DNA from: Macrostomum hystrix
Taxonomy: Eukaryota; Animalia; Platyhelminthes
Direction of reading: 5' to 3'
Assembly (NCBI GenBank): GCA_950097015.1
Contig: CATNEN010000007.1
Location: 8,184,001 to 8,248,000 of the forward strand
DNA: 64,000 nt
In this document: piece after piece, positions 1 to 13,001 of the stretch
Layout: each line of letters starts with the position of its first letter
How positions within the stretch are numbered: position 1 is the first letter of the stretch
Translations under genes and position numbers: made by a program
The notes under the pieces: model-generated
Seen by the model: only the letters and a program-made list of their open reading frames with translations
The model's database searches: none
Told to the model about the DNA's origin: nothing

Positions 1-133
1 CACTTACTCACTCACTCACTCACTCCCTCACTCACTCACTCCCTCAGTCACTCACTCACTCACTCACTCACTCCCTCAGTCACTCACTCACTCACTCACT
101 CACTCACTCACTCACTCACTCACTCACTCACTC
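1..133 (+). repeat. (CACT)n microsatellite, intronic, ending ~28 nt before a CAG acceptor
   Basis: Direct reading; acceptor ttcgcag ends at 161. Confidence 0.95.
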
Positions 134-161
134 ACACAATTCTTCATTCACCGCTTCGCAG

Positions 162-3100
162 TGACAGCATGCTGGAGAAGCCGCCAATCATGTCTGATTG
201 CGTCCGCTCCCGCATTGAGAGCCACGGCTGTGGCAATGCGGCGGGCCTTCTTCGACGCCTTGAGCTGGTTGAGTTGGCCCACAGCCACCTGTGCTCGGCC
301 CGGCTCAGCGGTGAGTCTCGTAATGAAATGATTAAACTGCGCCCAAACCAACCGTGATTACCGCTTTGTCCTGAAGGCCGCTACTGCCGAGAGTTACCAA
401 AGAACCTGCCGCACTACGTGAACCTCTGCATCGAGGCACTGTTCGACGGCATCACCCAGAGCGTCATGTGCTCGTGAGCCGACACACATTGATTGTCTCA
501 TAATAGTGTTTTTACCTAGTTACGAGCCTCATGAAAAACTACGCCAACCTCCACACTCTACAGCCAACCTCACTCCACATGCCACCTCACTCCACAGTCG
601 ATCCCACTACACAGCCAAACTCACTTCACAGCTATCCCCACTCAGCGGCCAAACTCCCCCACAGTCAACCTCACTCCACAGCCAACCTCATCCCACAGCC
701 AACCTCATCCCACAGCCAACCTCATTCCACAGTCAACCTCACTCCACAGCCAACCTCACTCCACAGCCAACCTCACTCCACAGCCAACCTCACTCCACAG
801 CCAACCTCACTCCACAGCCAACCTCACTCCACAGCCAACCTCACCCCACAGCCAACATCACTCAACCACCACAGAAAAGTATCTTACTGAAACCGGTTTC
901 CATGTGAAAAAATTTTGTTTATCTAACTAGTTTTATTGAAATAAATTTATGCTATCGTCGAGGAATTCGGTCCTAACAACCAGAAGCGACAGGTAATTAT
1001 TCACTATCGCACAGAAGACAGTACCACACACAAACTCACAAGTGACTGTCGATCGGAAAATTTTAAGAATGCACCTTTTGCAATCTAAAAAATTGTTTCA
1101 CAAACGTTTACTGCAGTAAACATCGCGTTAAAAGTCATCAAATTTATTAACCTGATCTGCAAAATGCAAAAAAGCAATTAGACGCATGTTCAATATGAAT
1201 CCCAATTATTTTTGCACGAGAAAAGTTTTCATAATGAACACACATGTTACACAATTAATGAGTGTTTGACACTTCAGTCACGTGGTATCAGTCAGGTGAT
1301 ATCAGTCAGGTGATATCAGTCAGGTGATATCAGTCAGGTGGTATCAGTCAGGTGATATCAGTCAGGTGGTATCAGTCAGGTGATATCAGTCAGGTGATAT
1401 CAGTCAGGTGATATCAGTCAGGTGATATCAGTCAGGTGATATCAGTCAGGTGATATCAGTCAGGTGATATCAGTCAGGTGATATCAGTCAGGTGATATCA
1501 GTCAGGTGATATCAGTCAGGTGATATCAGTCAGGTGATATCAGTCAGGTGGTATCAGTCAGGTGATATCAGTCAGGTGATATCAGTCACCTAATTCACAC
1601 CTAATTCCCCAAGCAATAAAATCGCAGTTCACAATGTACTTTAATTAAGTTTTAATAACAACGAATCGTCCCTTCGGGCAGGAGGTCGCAGATGACGGTG
1701 CAGAAGGCGCAGGCTTGCGTGCAGTACATCCTCAGCCTGATGGGCTCCCCGTGCTATTACCTGCAGTTCAACTTCTACCATATCAGGAACTACGCCGAGG
1801 GCCTGCTTGAGGGCAACTGCGAAACTGGTGAGACACACTGGTTTGCACATAGAAGCATTGTCCACGACAAATGCCACATGTTTTGGAAAACTGCATACTC
1901 ACCCCATACCTCACTGCCTACACACCCTATACCTCACTACGTACTCACCTCATACCTCACAACCTACTCACCTCATACCTCACTACGTACTCACCTCATA
2001 CCTCACTGCCTACTCACCTCATACCTCACTGCCTACACACCCTATACCTCACTACCTACTCACCTCATACCTCACTGCCTACACACCCTATACCTCACTA
2101 CCTACTCACCTCATACCTCACTGCCTACACACCCTATACCTCACTACCTACTCACCTCATACCTCACTACCTACTCACCTCATACCTCACTGCCTACACA
2201 CCCGATACCTCACTACCTACTCACCTCATACCTCACTACCTACTCACCTCATACCTCACTGCCAACACACCCTATACCTCACTACCTACTCACCTCATAC
2301 CTCACTGCCTACTCGCCCCATGTCTCACTATCTACTCGCCCCATGTCTCACTATCTACTCGCCCCATGTCTCACTATCTACTCGCCCCATGTCTCACTAT
2401 CTACTCACCCCATGTCTCACTATCTACTCGCCCCATGTCTCACTATCTACTCACCCCATGTCTCACTATCTACTCACCTCATACCTCACTACCTACTCAC
2501 CTCATACCTCACTGCCTACTCGCCCCATGTCTCACTATCTACTCACCCCATGTCTCACTATCTACTCGCCCCATGTCTCACTATCTACTCACCCCATGTC
2601 TCACTATCTACTCACCCCATGTCTCACTATCTACTCACCCCATGCCTCACTATCTACTCACCCCATGTCTCACTATCTACTCACCCCATGTCTCACTATC
2701 TACTCACCCCATGTCTCACTACATACTCAACTCGTGTATCAAAAAAATGTTCCAGCGAATCCGCTAGTGGTGTTATTGTGTTTTCCTTAGCCATCTCATA
2801 CAGCTCTCACTTCTTTAGTGATTTTCCCCATTTCTCAGCATCCCAGGTCGCCCTGGCTCGCAGCCGTCTCGCATCTCGCAGGCCATTAATTGCAATCTCC
2901 AGGGCCGTAGGCGCCCAAGCCCGGTAGAAGGCCGAGTGAGAAGTCGGGTAGTTACAGCTTTGATTTCAGGCCCGGGCAGTTGATTAAATGGGCAGGGAGT
3001 GGCGGCCTGCCAGCTACTTTCATCCCCTACCCCGTTTCTCACTTTCACCCTCCAGTGGATGGGAGCCGCCAACGCTTTGGCCTAAATAATATAACAGCTG

Positions 3101-5041
3101 CCAGTCGTAATAGCCATAATGTACTGCCCGCGCCCGCCACTTTTTATAGGCCTTTTGGAATGCGTTGTCGAAATATTTATGGAAATATCCTATAGAGCTG
3201 CGAGGTAATTATGTGTTTTTATGATGGAGCGTCAACAAAAAATATATTTTTTCAATTGCACAAAGCTCAGTCATATGGTTAGATGAGATTTCAGTAGTAT
3301 TAGATGGGATTTAAATAAGGTTAGATGGGATTTGAATAGGGTTAGATGGGATTTAAATAGGGTTAGATGGGATTTCAGTAGTATTAGATGGGATTTAAAT
3401 AGGGTTAGATGGGATTTGAATAGGGTTAGATGGGATTTAAATAAGGTTAGATGGGATTTGACTCGGGTTAGATGAGATTTCAGTAGTATTAGATGGGATT
3501 TAAAAAGGGTTAGATGGGATTTGAATAGGGTTAGATGAGATTTAAATAAGGTTAGATGGGATTTGAAGAGGGTTAGATGGGATTTGAATAGGGTTAGATG
3601 GGATTTGAATAAGGTTAGATGGGATTTGAATAAGGTTAGATGGGATTTGAATAGGGTTAGATGGGATTTAAATAAGGTTAGATGGGATTTAAATAGGGTT
3701 AGATGGGATTTGAATAGGGTTAGATGGGATTTGAATAGGGTTAGATGGGATTTGAATAAGGTTAGATGGGATTTGAATAGGGTTAGATGGGATTTGAATA
3801 GGGTTAGATGGGATTTGAATAGGGTTAGATGGGATTTGAATAAGGTTAGATGGGATTTGAATAGGGTTAGATGGGATTTGAATAGGGTTAGATGGGATTT
3901 GAATAGGGTTAGATGGGATTTGAATAAGGTTAGATGGGATTTGAATAGGGTTAGATGGGATTTGAATAGGGTTAGATGGGGTTTGACTCGGGTTAGATGG
4001 GATTTGAATAGGGTTAGATGGGGTTTGACTCGGGTTAGATGGGATTTGAATAGGGTTAGATGGGATTCGAATAGGGTTAGATGGGATTTGAATAGGGTTA
4101 GATGGGGTTTGACTCGGGTTAGATGGGATTTGAATAGGGTTAGATGGGATTCGAATAGGGTTAGATGGGATTTGAATAGGGTTAGATGGGAATTGACTCG
4201 GGTTAGATGGGATTTGAATAGGGTTAGATGGGATTTGAATGGAGTTAGATGGGATTTGAATAGGGTTAGATGGGATTCGAATAGGGTTAGATGGGATTCG
4301 AATAGGGTTAGATGGGATTTGACTCGGGTTAGATGGGATTTGAATAGGGTTAGATGGGATTTGCATTGGGCTAGATGGGATTTGAATAGGGTTAGATGGG
4401 ATTTGAATAGGGTTAGATGGGATTTGAATAGGGTTAGATGGGATTTGACTCGGGTTAGATGGGATTTGAATAGGGTTAGATGGGATTTGAAAGGGTTAGA
4501 TGGGATTTGAATAGGGTTAGATGGGATTTGAATAGGGTTAGATGGGATTTGAATAGGGTTAGATGGGATTTGAAAAGGGTTAGGTGGGATTTGAATAGGG
4601 TTAGATGGGATTTGAATAGGGTTAGATGGGATTTGACTCGGGTTAGATGGGATTTGAATAGGGTTAGGTGGGATTTGAATAGGGTTAGATGGGATTTGAA
4701 TAGGGTTAGATGGGATTTGAAAAGGGTTAGGTGGGATTTGAATAGTGTTAGATGGGATTTGAATAGGGTTAGATGGGATTTGAATAGGGTTAGATGGGAT
4801 CTTCTGTATTGAATTTAGAAATATATATGTTCATTGTTAGGTGCATTAAACAAATTCATTTTCCTAAATTGAATAGTAAATAATTATTATACGTGAATTT
4901 TAAGCTTTTGTGGGAAAAATGAGCTGTCAACCCCTTTGCCATCCTGCAGACACCGGTGTTGCTTCTCGTCAACCCGTCGCTGCCCTCGCGCTGACGTCTT
5001 CGGCCGCATTCACAGCGGCCCTCCTGCAGCGGTTGACCTGA
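162..5041 (+). CDS. 3' part of a Cys-rich, probably GPI-anchored/cell-surface protein of unknown family (5' exons outside window)
   Basis: Exons 162-310, 377-473, 1682-1827, 4950-5041, all GT-AG with compatible phases (1,2,1). Reads DSMLEKPPIMSDCVRSRIESHGC...GRYCRELPKNLPHYVNLCIEALFDGITQSVMCSRSQMTVQKAQACVQYILSLMGSPCYYLQFNFYHIRNYAEGLLEGNCETDTGVASRQPVAALALTSSAAFTAALLQRLT*. The hydrophobic C-terminus resembles a GPI signal. The last exon is less certain (alternative acceptor at 2790). Confidence 0.65.
543..870 (+). repeat. 17-bp minisatellite CCAACCTCACTCCACAG (intronic)
   Basis: Near-perfect core ~735-853 with degenerate flanks. Confidence 0.9.
1275..1588 (+). repeat. 14-bp minisatellite ATCAGTCAGGTGAT (intronic)
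   Basis: ~22 near-perfect copies. Confidence 0.95.
1894..2727 (+). repeat. 23-bp minisatellite, subtypes ACCTACTCACCTCATACCTCACT and ATCTACTCACCCCATGTCTCACT (intronic)
   Basis: Direct reading; subtype switch near 2310. Confidence 0.9.
3277..4800 (+). repeat. 21-bp minisatellite AGGGTTAGATGGGATTTGAAT
   Basis: ~72 copies; gives the artefactual RVRWDLN ORF. Confidence 0.95.
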
Positions 5042-5631
5042 ACCAGACCGCTCAACTGATGCTTGATTCAGTTTTTCTACTTCTTTCTATCTATTTAGTT
5101 GCCTTTCCTTTGATTGCTACTGCAAGTAAGCTACTTCGCGGGCGGAGCACCAAGTTTTTTTTCTTCAAGAGGGAAGTTTAGCAAATATGCGTACATGGAT
5201 TGCCACTTTGCTGTGATGTTGAAATCCTTTGCACTATTTTGACAGCGATAATTTACGACTTCTAAAATACAAGCTACTCAGCGATTACTGTACTGTTTGG
5301 CACCTTATTTATCTTTTCAGCGTTATTTATTGATTCTGTGTTTGCTTTGCTGAATCAACTAGTAAAAGTGCAATATAAAATCAGCACAAATATTTAAGAA
5401 CCCAATTAACTAGCTTCTCTTGGATCTGATTGAGTCTGGTGGCTATCTTGACTTAGCGGCAGGGAGCCTCCATGACGGACGCAGCGAGGAGGCGGCCGAT
5501 GGGTATTTGAGACAGCCACGTGGTCCCCAGGGGGAAAAGGTGTGGCATTTCTACTGCTAAATCTAACATTCACAATCTACCACAAAATTTATCTAACCGT
5601 GTGACTCCCTGCCTCACTCTGGGCCACCTTC

Positions 5632-8600
5632 TGTCTCCATCTGTGTGACTCTTCTGTCTCACTCCATATCACTCTTCTGTCTCACTCCATATCACTCTTC
5701 TGTCTCACTCCATATCACTCTTCTGTCTCACTCTCTGTCACTCCTCTGTCTCACTCCATATCACTCTTCTGTCTCACTCCATATCACTCTTCTGTCTCAC
5801 TCCATATCACTCTTCTGTCTCACTCTCTGTCACTCTTCTGTCTCACTCTCTGTCACTCTTCTGTCTCACTCCATATCACTCTTCTGTCTCACTCCATATC
5901 ACTCTTCTGTCTCACTCTCTGTCACTCTTCTGTCTCACTCTCTGTCAGTCTTCTGTCTCACTCTCTGTCACTCTTCTGTCTCACTCTCTGTCAGTCTTCT
6001 GTCTCACTCTCTGTCAGTCTTCTGTCTCACTCTCTGTTACTCTTCTGTCACACTCTCTGTCAGTCTTCTGTCTCACTCTCTGTGAGTCTTCTGCCTCACT
6101 CTCTGTTACTCTTCTGTCTCACTCTCCGTCAGTCTTCTCATTCTCTGTCAGTCTTGTGTCTCACTCTCTGTCACTCTTCTGTCTCACTCCATATCACTCT
6201 TCTGTCCCACTCTCTGTCAGTCTTCTGTCTCACCATCTGTCTGTCTTCTGTCTCACTCTCTGTTACTCCTCTTTCTCACTCTCTGTCACTCTTCTGTCTC
6301 ACTCCATATCACTCTTCTGTCTCACTCCCTGTCACTCTTCTCACTCTCTGTCAGTCTTCTGTCTCACTCTCTGTCACTCTCTGTCTCACTCTCTGTCACT
6401 CTTCTGTCTCACTCTCTGTCACTCTTCTGTCTCACTCTCAGTCACTCCTCTGTCTCACTCTCTGTCACTCTCTGTCACTCTTGTCTCACTCTCTGTCACT
6501 CTTGTCTCACTCTCTGTCACTCTCTGTCACTCTTCTGTCTCACTCTCTGTCACACTTCTGTCTCACTCCATATCACTCTTCTGTCTCACTCCCTGTCACT
6601 CTTCTCACTCTCTGTCAGTCTTCTGTCTCACTCTCTGTCAGTCGTCTGTCTCACTCTCTGTTACTCTTCTGTCTCACTCTCTGTCACTCTTCTGTCTCAC
6701 TCTCTGTCACTACTTCTCACTCTCTGTCAGTCTTCTGTCTCACTCTCTGTCAGTCTTCTGTCTCACTCTCTGTCACTCTTCTGTCTCACTCTCTGTCAGT
6801 CTTCTGTCTCACTCTCTGTCACACTTCTGTCTCACTCTCTGTTACTCTTCTGTCACACTCTCTGTCAGTCTTCTGTCTCACTCTCTGTGAGTCTTCTGTC
6901 TCACTCTCTGTTACTCTTCTGTCTCACTCTCTGTCAGTCTTCTCATTCTCTGTCAGTCTTGTGTCTCACTCTCTGTCACTCTTCTGTCTCACTCTCTGTT
7001 ACTCTTCTGTCTCACTCTCTGTCAGTCTTGTGTCTCACTCTCTGTCACTCTTCTGTCTCACTCCATATCACTCTTCTGTCCCACTCTCTGTCAGTCTTCT
7101 GTCTCACCATCTGTCTGTCTTCTGTCTCACTCTCCGTCACTCCTCTTTCTCACTCTCTGTCACTCTTCTGTCTCACTCCATATCACTCTTCTGTCTCACT
7201 CCATATCACTCTTCTGTCTCACTCCCTGTCACTCTTCTCACTCTCTGTCAGTCTTCTGTCTCACTCTCTGTCAGTCGTCTGTCTCACTCTCTGTCACTCT
7301 TCTGTCTCACTCTCTGTCACTCTTCTGTCTCACTCTCTGTCACTCTTCTGTCTCACTCTCTGTCACTCCTCTTTCTCACTCTCTGTCACTCTCTGTCTCA
7401 CTCTCTGTCAGTCTTCTGTCTCACTCTCTGTCACTCTTCTGTCTCACTCTCTGTTACTCTTCTGTCTCACTCTCTGTCACTCTTCTGTCTCACTCCATAT
7501 CACTCTTCTGTCCCACTCTCTGTCAGTCTTCTGTCTCACCATCTGTCTGTCTTCTGTCTCACTCTCTGTCACTCCTCTTTCTCACTCTCTGTCACTCTTC
7601 TGTCTCACTCCATATCACTCTTCTGTCTCACTCCATATCACTCTTCTGTCTCACTCCCTGTCACTCTTCTCACTCTCTGTCAGTCTTCTGTCTCACTCTC
7701 TGTCAGTCGTCTGTCTCACTCTCTGTCACTCTTCTGTCTCACTCTCTGTCACTCTTCTGTCTCACTCTCAGTCACTCCTCTGTCTCACTCTCTGTCACTC
7801 TCTGTCACTCTTGTCTCACTCTCTGTCACTCTTGTCTCACTCTCTGTCACTCTCTGTCACTCTTCTGTCTCACTCTCTGTCACACTTCTGTCTCACTCCA
7901 TATCACTCTTCTGTCTCACTCCCTGTCACTCTTCTCACTCTCTGTCAGTCTTCTGTCTCACTCTCTGTCACTCTTCTGTCTCACTCTCAGTCACTCCTCT
8001 GTCTCACTCTCTGTCACTCTCTGTCACTCTTGTCTCACTCTCTGTCACTCTTGTCTCACTCTATGTCACTCTCTGTCACTCTTCTGTCTCACTCTCTGTC
8101 ACACTTCTGTCTCACTCTATGTCACTCTTCTCATTCTCTGTCAGTCTTCTGTCTCACTCTCTGTCACTCTTCTGTCTCACTCTCAGTCACTCCTCTGTCT
8201 CACTCTCTGTCACTCTCTGTCACTCTTGTCTCACTCTCTGTCACTCTTGTCTCACTCTCTGTCACTCTCTGTCACTCTTTTGTCTCACTCTCTGTCACTC
8301 TTCTGTCTCACTCTATGTCACTCTTCTCATTCTCTGTCAGTCTTCTGTCTCATCCTCTGTCAGTCTTCTGTCTCACTCTCTGTCACTCTTCAGTCTCACT
8401 CTCTGTCACTCCTCTGTCTCACTCCCTGTCACTCTTCTCACTCTCTGCCAGTCTTCTGTCTCACCATCTGTCAGTCTTCTGTCTCACTCTCTGTCACTCT
8501 TCTGTCTCACTCTCTGTCAGTCTTCTGTCTCACCATCTGTCTGTCTTCTGTCTCACTCTCCGTCACTCCTCTTTCTCACTCTCTGTCACTCTTCTGTCTC

Positions 8601-11600
8601 ACTCCATATCACTCTTCTGTCTCACTCCATATCACTCTTCTGTCTCACTCCCTGTCACTCTTCTCACTCTCTGTCAGTCTTCTGTCTCACTCTCTGTCAG
8701 TCGTCTGTCTCACTCTCTGTCACTCTTCTGTCTCACTCTCTGTCACTCTTCTGTCTCACTCTCTGTCACTCTTCTGTCTCACTCTCTGTCACTCCTCTTT
8801 CTCACTCTCTGTCACTCTCTGTCTCACTCTCTGTCAGTCTTCTGTCTCACCATCTGTCTGTCTTCTGTCTCACTCTCCGTCACTCCTCTTTCTCACTCTC
8901 TGTCACTCTTCTGTCTCACTCCATATCACTCTTCTGTCTCACTCCATATCACTCTTCTGTCTGACTCCATATCACTCTTCTGTCTCACTCCCTGTCACTC
9001 TTCTCACTCTCTGTCAGTCTTCTGTCGCACTCTCTGTCAGTCGTCTGTCTCACTCTCTGTCACTCTTGTCTCACTCTCTGTCACTCTCTGTCACTCCTCT
9101 GTCTCACTCTCTGTCACTCTCTGTCACTCTTGTCTCACTCTCTGTCACTCTTGTCTCACTCTTTGTCACTCTTGTCTCACTCTCTGTCACTCTCTGTCAC
9201 TCTTCTGTCTCACTCTCTGTCACACTTCTGTCTCACTTCATATCACTCTTTTGTCTCACTCTCTGTCACTCCTCTGTCTCACTCTCTGTCACTCTTCTGT
9301 CTCACTCTCTGTCACTCTTCTGTCTCACTCTCTGTCACTCCTCTTTCTCACTCTCTGTCACTCTCTGTCTCACTCTCTGTCACTCTCTGTCTCACTCTCT
9401 GTCAGTCTTCTGTCTCACTCTCTGTCACTCCTCTTTTTCACTCTCTGTCACTCCTCTGTCTCACTCTCTGTCACTCTTCTGTCTCACTCTCTGTCAGTCT
9501 TCTGTCTCACTCTCTGTCACTCCTCTTTTTCACTCTCTGTCACTCCTCTGTCTCACTCTCTGTCACTCTTCTGTCTCACTCTCTGTCACTCTCTGTCACT
9601 CTTCTGTCTCACTCTCTGTCACACTTCTGTCTCACTTCATATCACTCTTTTGTCTCACTCTCTGTCACTCCTCTGTCTCACTCTCTGTCACTCTTCTGTC
9701 TCACTCTCTGTCACTCTTCTGTCTCACTCTCTGTCACTCCTCTTTCTCACTCTCTGTCACTCTCTGTCTCACTCTCTGTCAGTCTTCTGTCTCACTCTCT
9801 GTCAGTCTTCTGTCTCACTCTCTGTCAGTCTTCTGTCTCACTCTCTGTTACTCTTCTGTCTCACTCTCTGTCAGTCTTCTCATTCTCTGTCAGTCTTGTG
9901 TCTCACTCTCTGTCACTCTTCTGTCTCACTCTCTGTCAGTCTTCTGTCTCACTCTCTGTCAGTCTTCTGTCTCACTCTCTGTCAGTCTTCTGTCTCACTC
10001 TCTGTTACTCTTCTGTCTCACTCTCTGTCACTCCTCTGTCTCACTCTCGGTCACTCTTCTGTCTCACTCTCTGTCACTCTTCTGTCTCACTCTCTGTCAC
10101 TCTTCTGTCTCACTCTCTGTCACTCTCTGTCTCACTCTCTGTCACTCTTCTGTCTCACTCTCTGTCAGTCTTCTGTCTCACTCTTTGTCACTCCTCTTTC
10201 TCATCCTCTGTCAGTCTTCTGTCTCACTCTCTGTCACTCTTCAGTCTCACTCTCTGTCACTCCTCTGTCTCACTCCCTGTCACTCTTCTCACTCTCTGCC
10301 AGTCTTCTGTCTCACCATCTGTCAGTCTTCTGTCTCACTCTCTGTCACTCTTCTGTCTCACTCTCTGTCAGTCTTCTGTCTCACCATCTGTCTGTCTTCT
10401 GTCTCACTCTCCGTCACTCCTCTTTCTCACTCTCTGTCACTCTTCTGTCTCACTCCATATCACTCTTCTGTCTCACTCCATATCACTCTTCTGTCTCACT
10501 CCCTGTCACTCTTCTCACTCTCTGTCAGTCTTCTGTCTCACTCTCTGTCAGTCGTCTGTCTCACTCTCTGTCACTCTTCTGTCTCACTCTCTGTCACTCT
10601 TCTGTCTCACTCTCTGTCACTCTTCTGTCTCACTCTCTGTCACTCCTCTTTCTCACTCTCTGTCACTCTCTGTCTCACTCTCTGTCAGTCTTCTGTCTCA
10701 CCATCTGTCTGTCTTCTGTCTCACTCTCCGTCACTCCTCTTTCTCACTCTCTGTCACTCTTCTGTCTCACTCCATATCACTCTTCTGTCTGACTCCATAT
10801 CACTCTTCTGTCTCACTCCCTGTCACTCTTCTCACTCTCTGTCAGTCTTCTGTCGCACTCTCTGTCAGTCGTCTGTCTCACTCTCTGTCACTCTTGTCTC
10901 ACTCTCTGTCACTCTCTGTCACTCCTCTGTCTCACTCTCTGTCACTCTCTGTCACTCTTGTCTCACTCTCTGTCACTCTTGTCTCACTCTTTGTCACTCT
11001 TGTCTCACTCTCTGTCACTCTCTGTCACTCTTCTGTCTCACTCTCTGTCACACTTCTGTCTCACTTCATATCACTCTTTTGTCTCACTCTCTGTCACTCC
11101 TCTGTCTCACTCTCTGTCACTCTTCTGTCTCACTCTCTGTCACTCTTCTGTCTCACTCTCTGTCACTCCTCTTTCTCACTCTCTGTCACTCTCTGTCTCA
11201 CTCTCTGTCACTCTCTGTCTCACTCTCTGTCAGTCTTCTGTCTCACTCTCTGTCACTCCTCTTTTTCACTCTCTGTCACTCCTCTGTCTCACTCTCTGTC
11301 ACTCTTCTGTCTCACTCTCTGTCAGTCTTCTGTCTCACTCTCTGTCACTCCTCTTTTTCACTCTCTGTCACTCCTCTGTCTCACTCTCTGTCACTCTTCT
11401 GTCTCACTCTCTGTCACTCTCTGTCACTCTTCTGTCTCACTCTCTGTCACACTTCTGTCTCACTTCATATCACTCTTTTGTCTCACTCTCTGTCACTCCT
11501 CTGTCTCACTCTCTGTCACTCTTCTGTCTCACTCTCTGTCACTCTTCTGTCTCACTCTCTGTCACTCCTCTTTCTCACTCTCTGTCACTCTCTGTCTCAC

Positions 11601-12192
11601 TCTCTGTCAGTCTTCTGTCTCACTCTCTGTCAGTCTTCTGTCTCACTCTCTGTCAGTCTTCTGTCTCACTCTCTGTTACTCTTCTGTCTCACTCTCTGTC
11701 AGTCTTCTCATTCTCTGTCAGTCTTGTGTCTCACTCTCTGTCACTCTTCTGTCTCACTCTCTGTCAGTCTTCTGTCTCACTCTCTGTCAGTCTTCTGTCT
11801 CACTCTCTGTCAGTCTTCTGTCTCACTCTCTGTTACTCTTCTGTCTCACTCTCTGTCACTCCTCTGTCTCACTCTCGGTCACTCTTCTGTCTCACTCTCT
11901 GTCACTCTTCTGTCTCACTCTCTGTCACTCTTCTGTCTCACTCTCTGTCACTCTCTGTCTCACTCTCTGTCACTCTTCTGTCTCACTCTCTGTCAGTCTT
12001 CTGTCTCACTCTTTGTCACTCCTCTTTCTCACTCTCTGTCACTCCTCTGTCTCACTCTCTGTCACTCTTCTGTCTCACTCTCTGTCACTCCTCTGTCTCA
12101 CTCTCTGTCACTCTTCTGTCTCACTCTCTGTCAGTCGTCTGTCTCCCTCTCTGTCACTCTTATCACTCTCTGTCACTCTTCTGTCTCACTCC
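5632..12192 (+). repeat. 6.5-kb pyrimidine-rich minisatellite, base unit 23 bp CTCTGTCACTCTTCTGTCTCACT, with internal 1828-bp duplication
   Basis: Rare variants tgtcGcac (9027/10855) and ctcGGtcac (10049/11877) recur at 1828-bp spacing. Confidence 0.95.
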
Positions 12193-12644
12193 AGAGAGAC
12201 GGCCTGAAAATGGCAGTGTAAATCCACCGGAGGCCCCAGGTAGCACCGACGGCTCTGTAGATCTGCGCGACCGCCGTCAGAGCTTTCCGGGTTTTGGATT
12301 TAACGTGAGGTGACCAGCTCAGCTCAGGCGGGTACCCATGGGTCAGCTGACGGACAACGTCAAGGGCTTCATGAACCAGAAGGCGCTGGGCACCCTCCTG
12401 CCGAAGGTGTGAAGTATTGCCTCGTTTAACTCATACTTCACAGGCGTTGCGTCCCGTCAAAGCGAACGTCAGACGTAGCATCGCCATTGTTCTGCTTTTA
12501 ATCCGATGCTGAAGGGTCTTCCATTTCCATTTGCCAGCGTCCCTTTTTTTGACAGTTGACCTAAAAAATAAAATGACTGCTTTGAAAGTCAAGCTGGCAA
12601 CACCCATTTGAAACACATCAAAGCGAGGCCTTCCATTATCCGCA

Positions 12645-12672
12645 AGGTGTGAACAGGTGTGAAAGGTGTGAA
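12645..12672 (+). promoter_or_regulatory. Three tandem AGGTGTGAA motifs (T-box half-site consensus) upstream of the GPCR
   Basis: Copies at 12645-53, 12655-63, 12664-72; others at 12405-13 and reverse TTCACACC 12785-92. Function is inferred only. Confidence 0.35.
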
Positions 12673-12916
12673 TTGCTGTTCCTTTGCAGTTGCACCCTCC
12701 TTTGAAGCCAAAGTCCGCGCCTATTTTTTTGATCCTCTGGACACAGGAGACCTACTCAAGATAATGGCACTCAAGATTCGGGACTTCACACCAATGTCCA
12801 AAGTAATTGAAACCTGCTCAATTCTTTTTGCTCTAAAAAGGCACATGTTTGTCACTTTTTTACATTCATCCCTTTTATCTCCGTCATCCCTTTTATCCCC
12901 GCCTTCACTTTGCTGC

Positions 12917-12922
12917 TATAAA
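12917..12922 (+). promoter_or_regulatory. Candidate TATA box of the GPCR gene
   Basis: TATAAA in GC-rich context 85 nt upstream of the ATG at 13002. Confidence 0.45.
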
Positions 12923-13001
12923 GGCCGCACAGCTCAGCGGCATCTAGCCCGGAGCTGTGATTCCGCTACCGCAGCCAGCAGTCCCAGGCCGCATAGCAAC
13001 C

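Noticed and set aside
1692-2927. 411-aa ORF as a single exon
   Set aside because: Only 1682-1827 is exon-like, followed by a GTGAG donor; the rest is a 23-bp repeat open in all frames.
3277-4800. True telomeric repeat or interstitial telomere
   Set aside because: No consecutive TTAGGG hexamers.
3563-4812. RVRWDLN / IQIPSNP repeat proteins
   Set aside because: Translations of the 21-bp minisatellite on both strands.
5645-12313. ORFs of 450-1330 aa (LSHSLSLFCLTLCHSSV...)
   Set aside because: Open in all three frames because the CT-rich repeat lacks stop codons; not coding.
12311-12313. In-frame TGA as selenocysteine or readthrough
   Set aside because: No recognisable selenoprotein context or SECIS; a splice donor or pseudogenisation is simpler.
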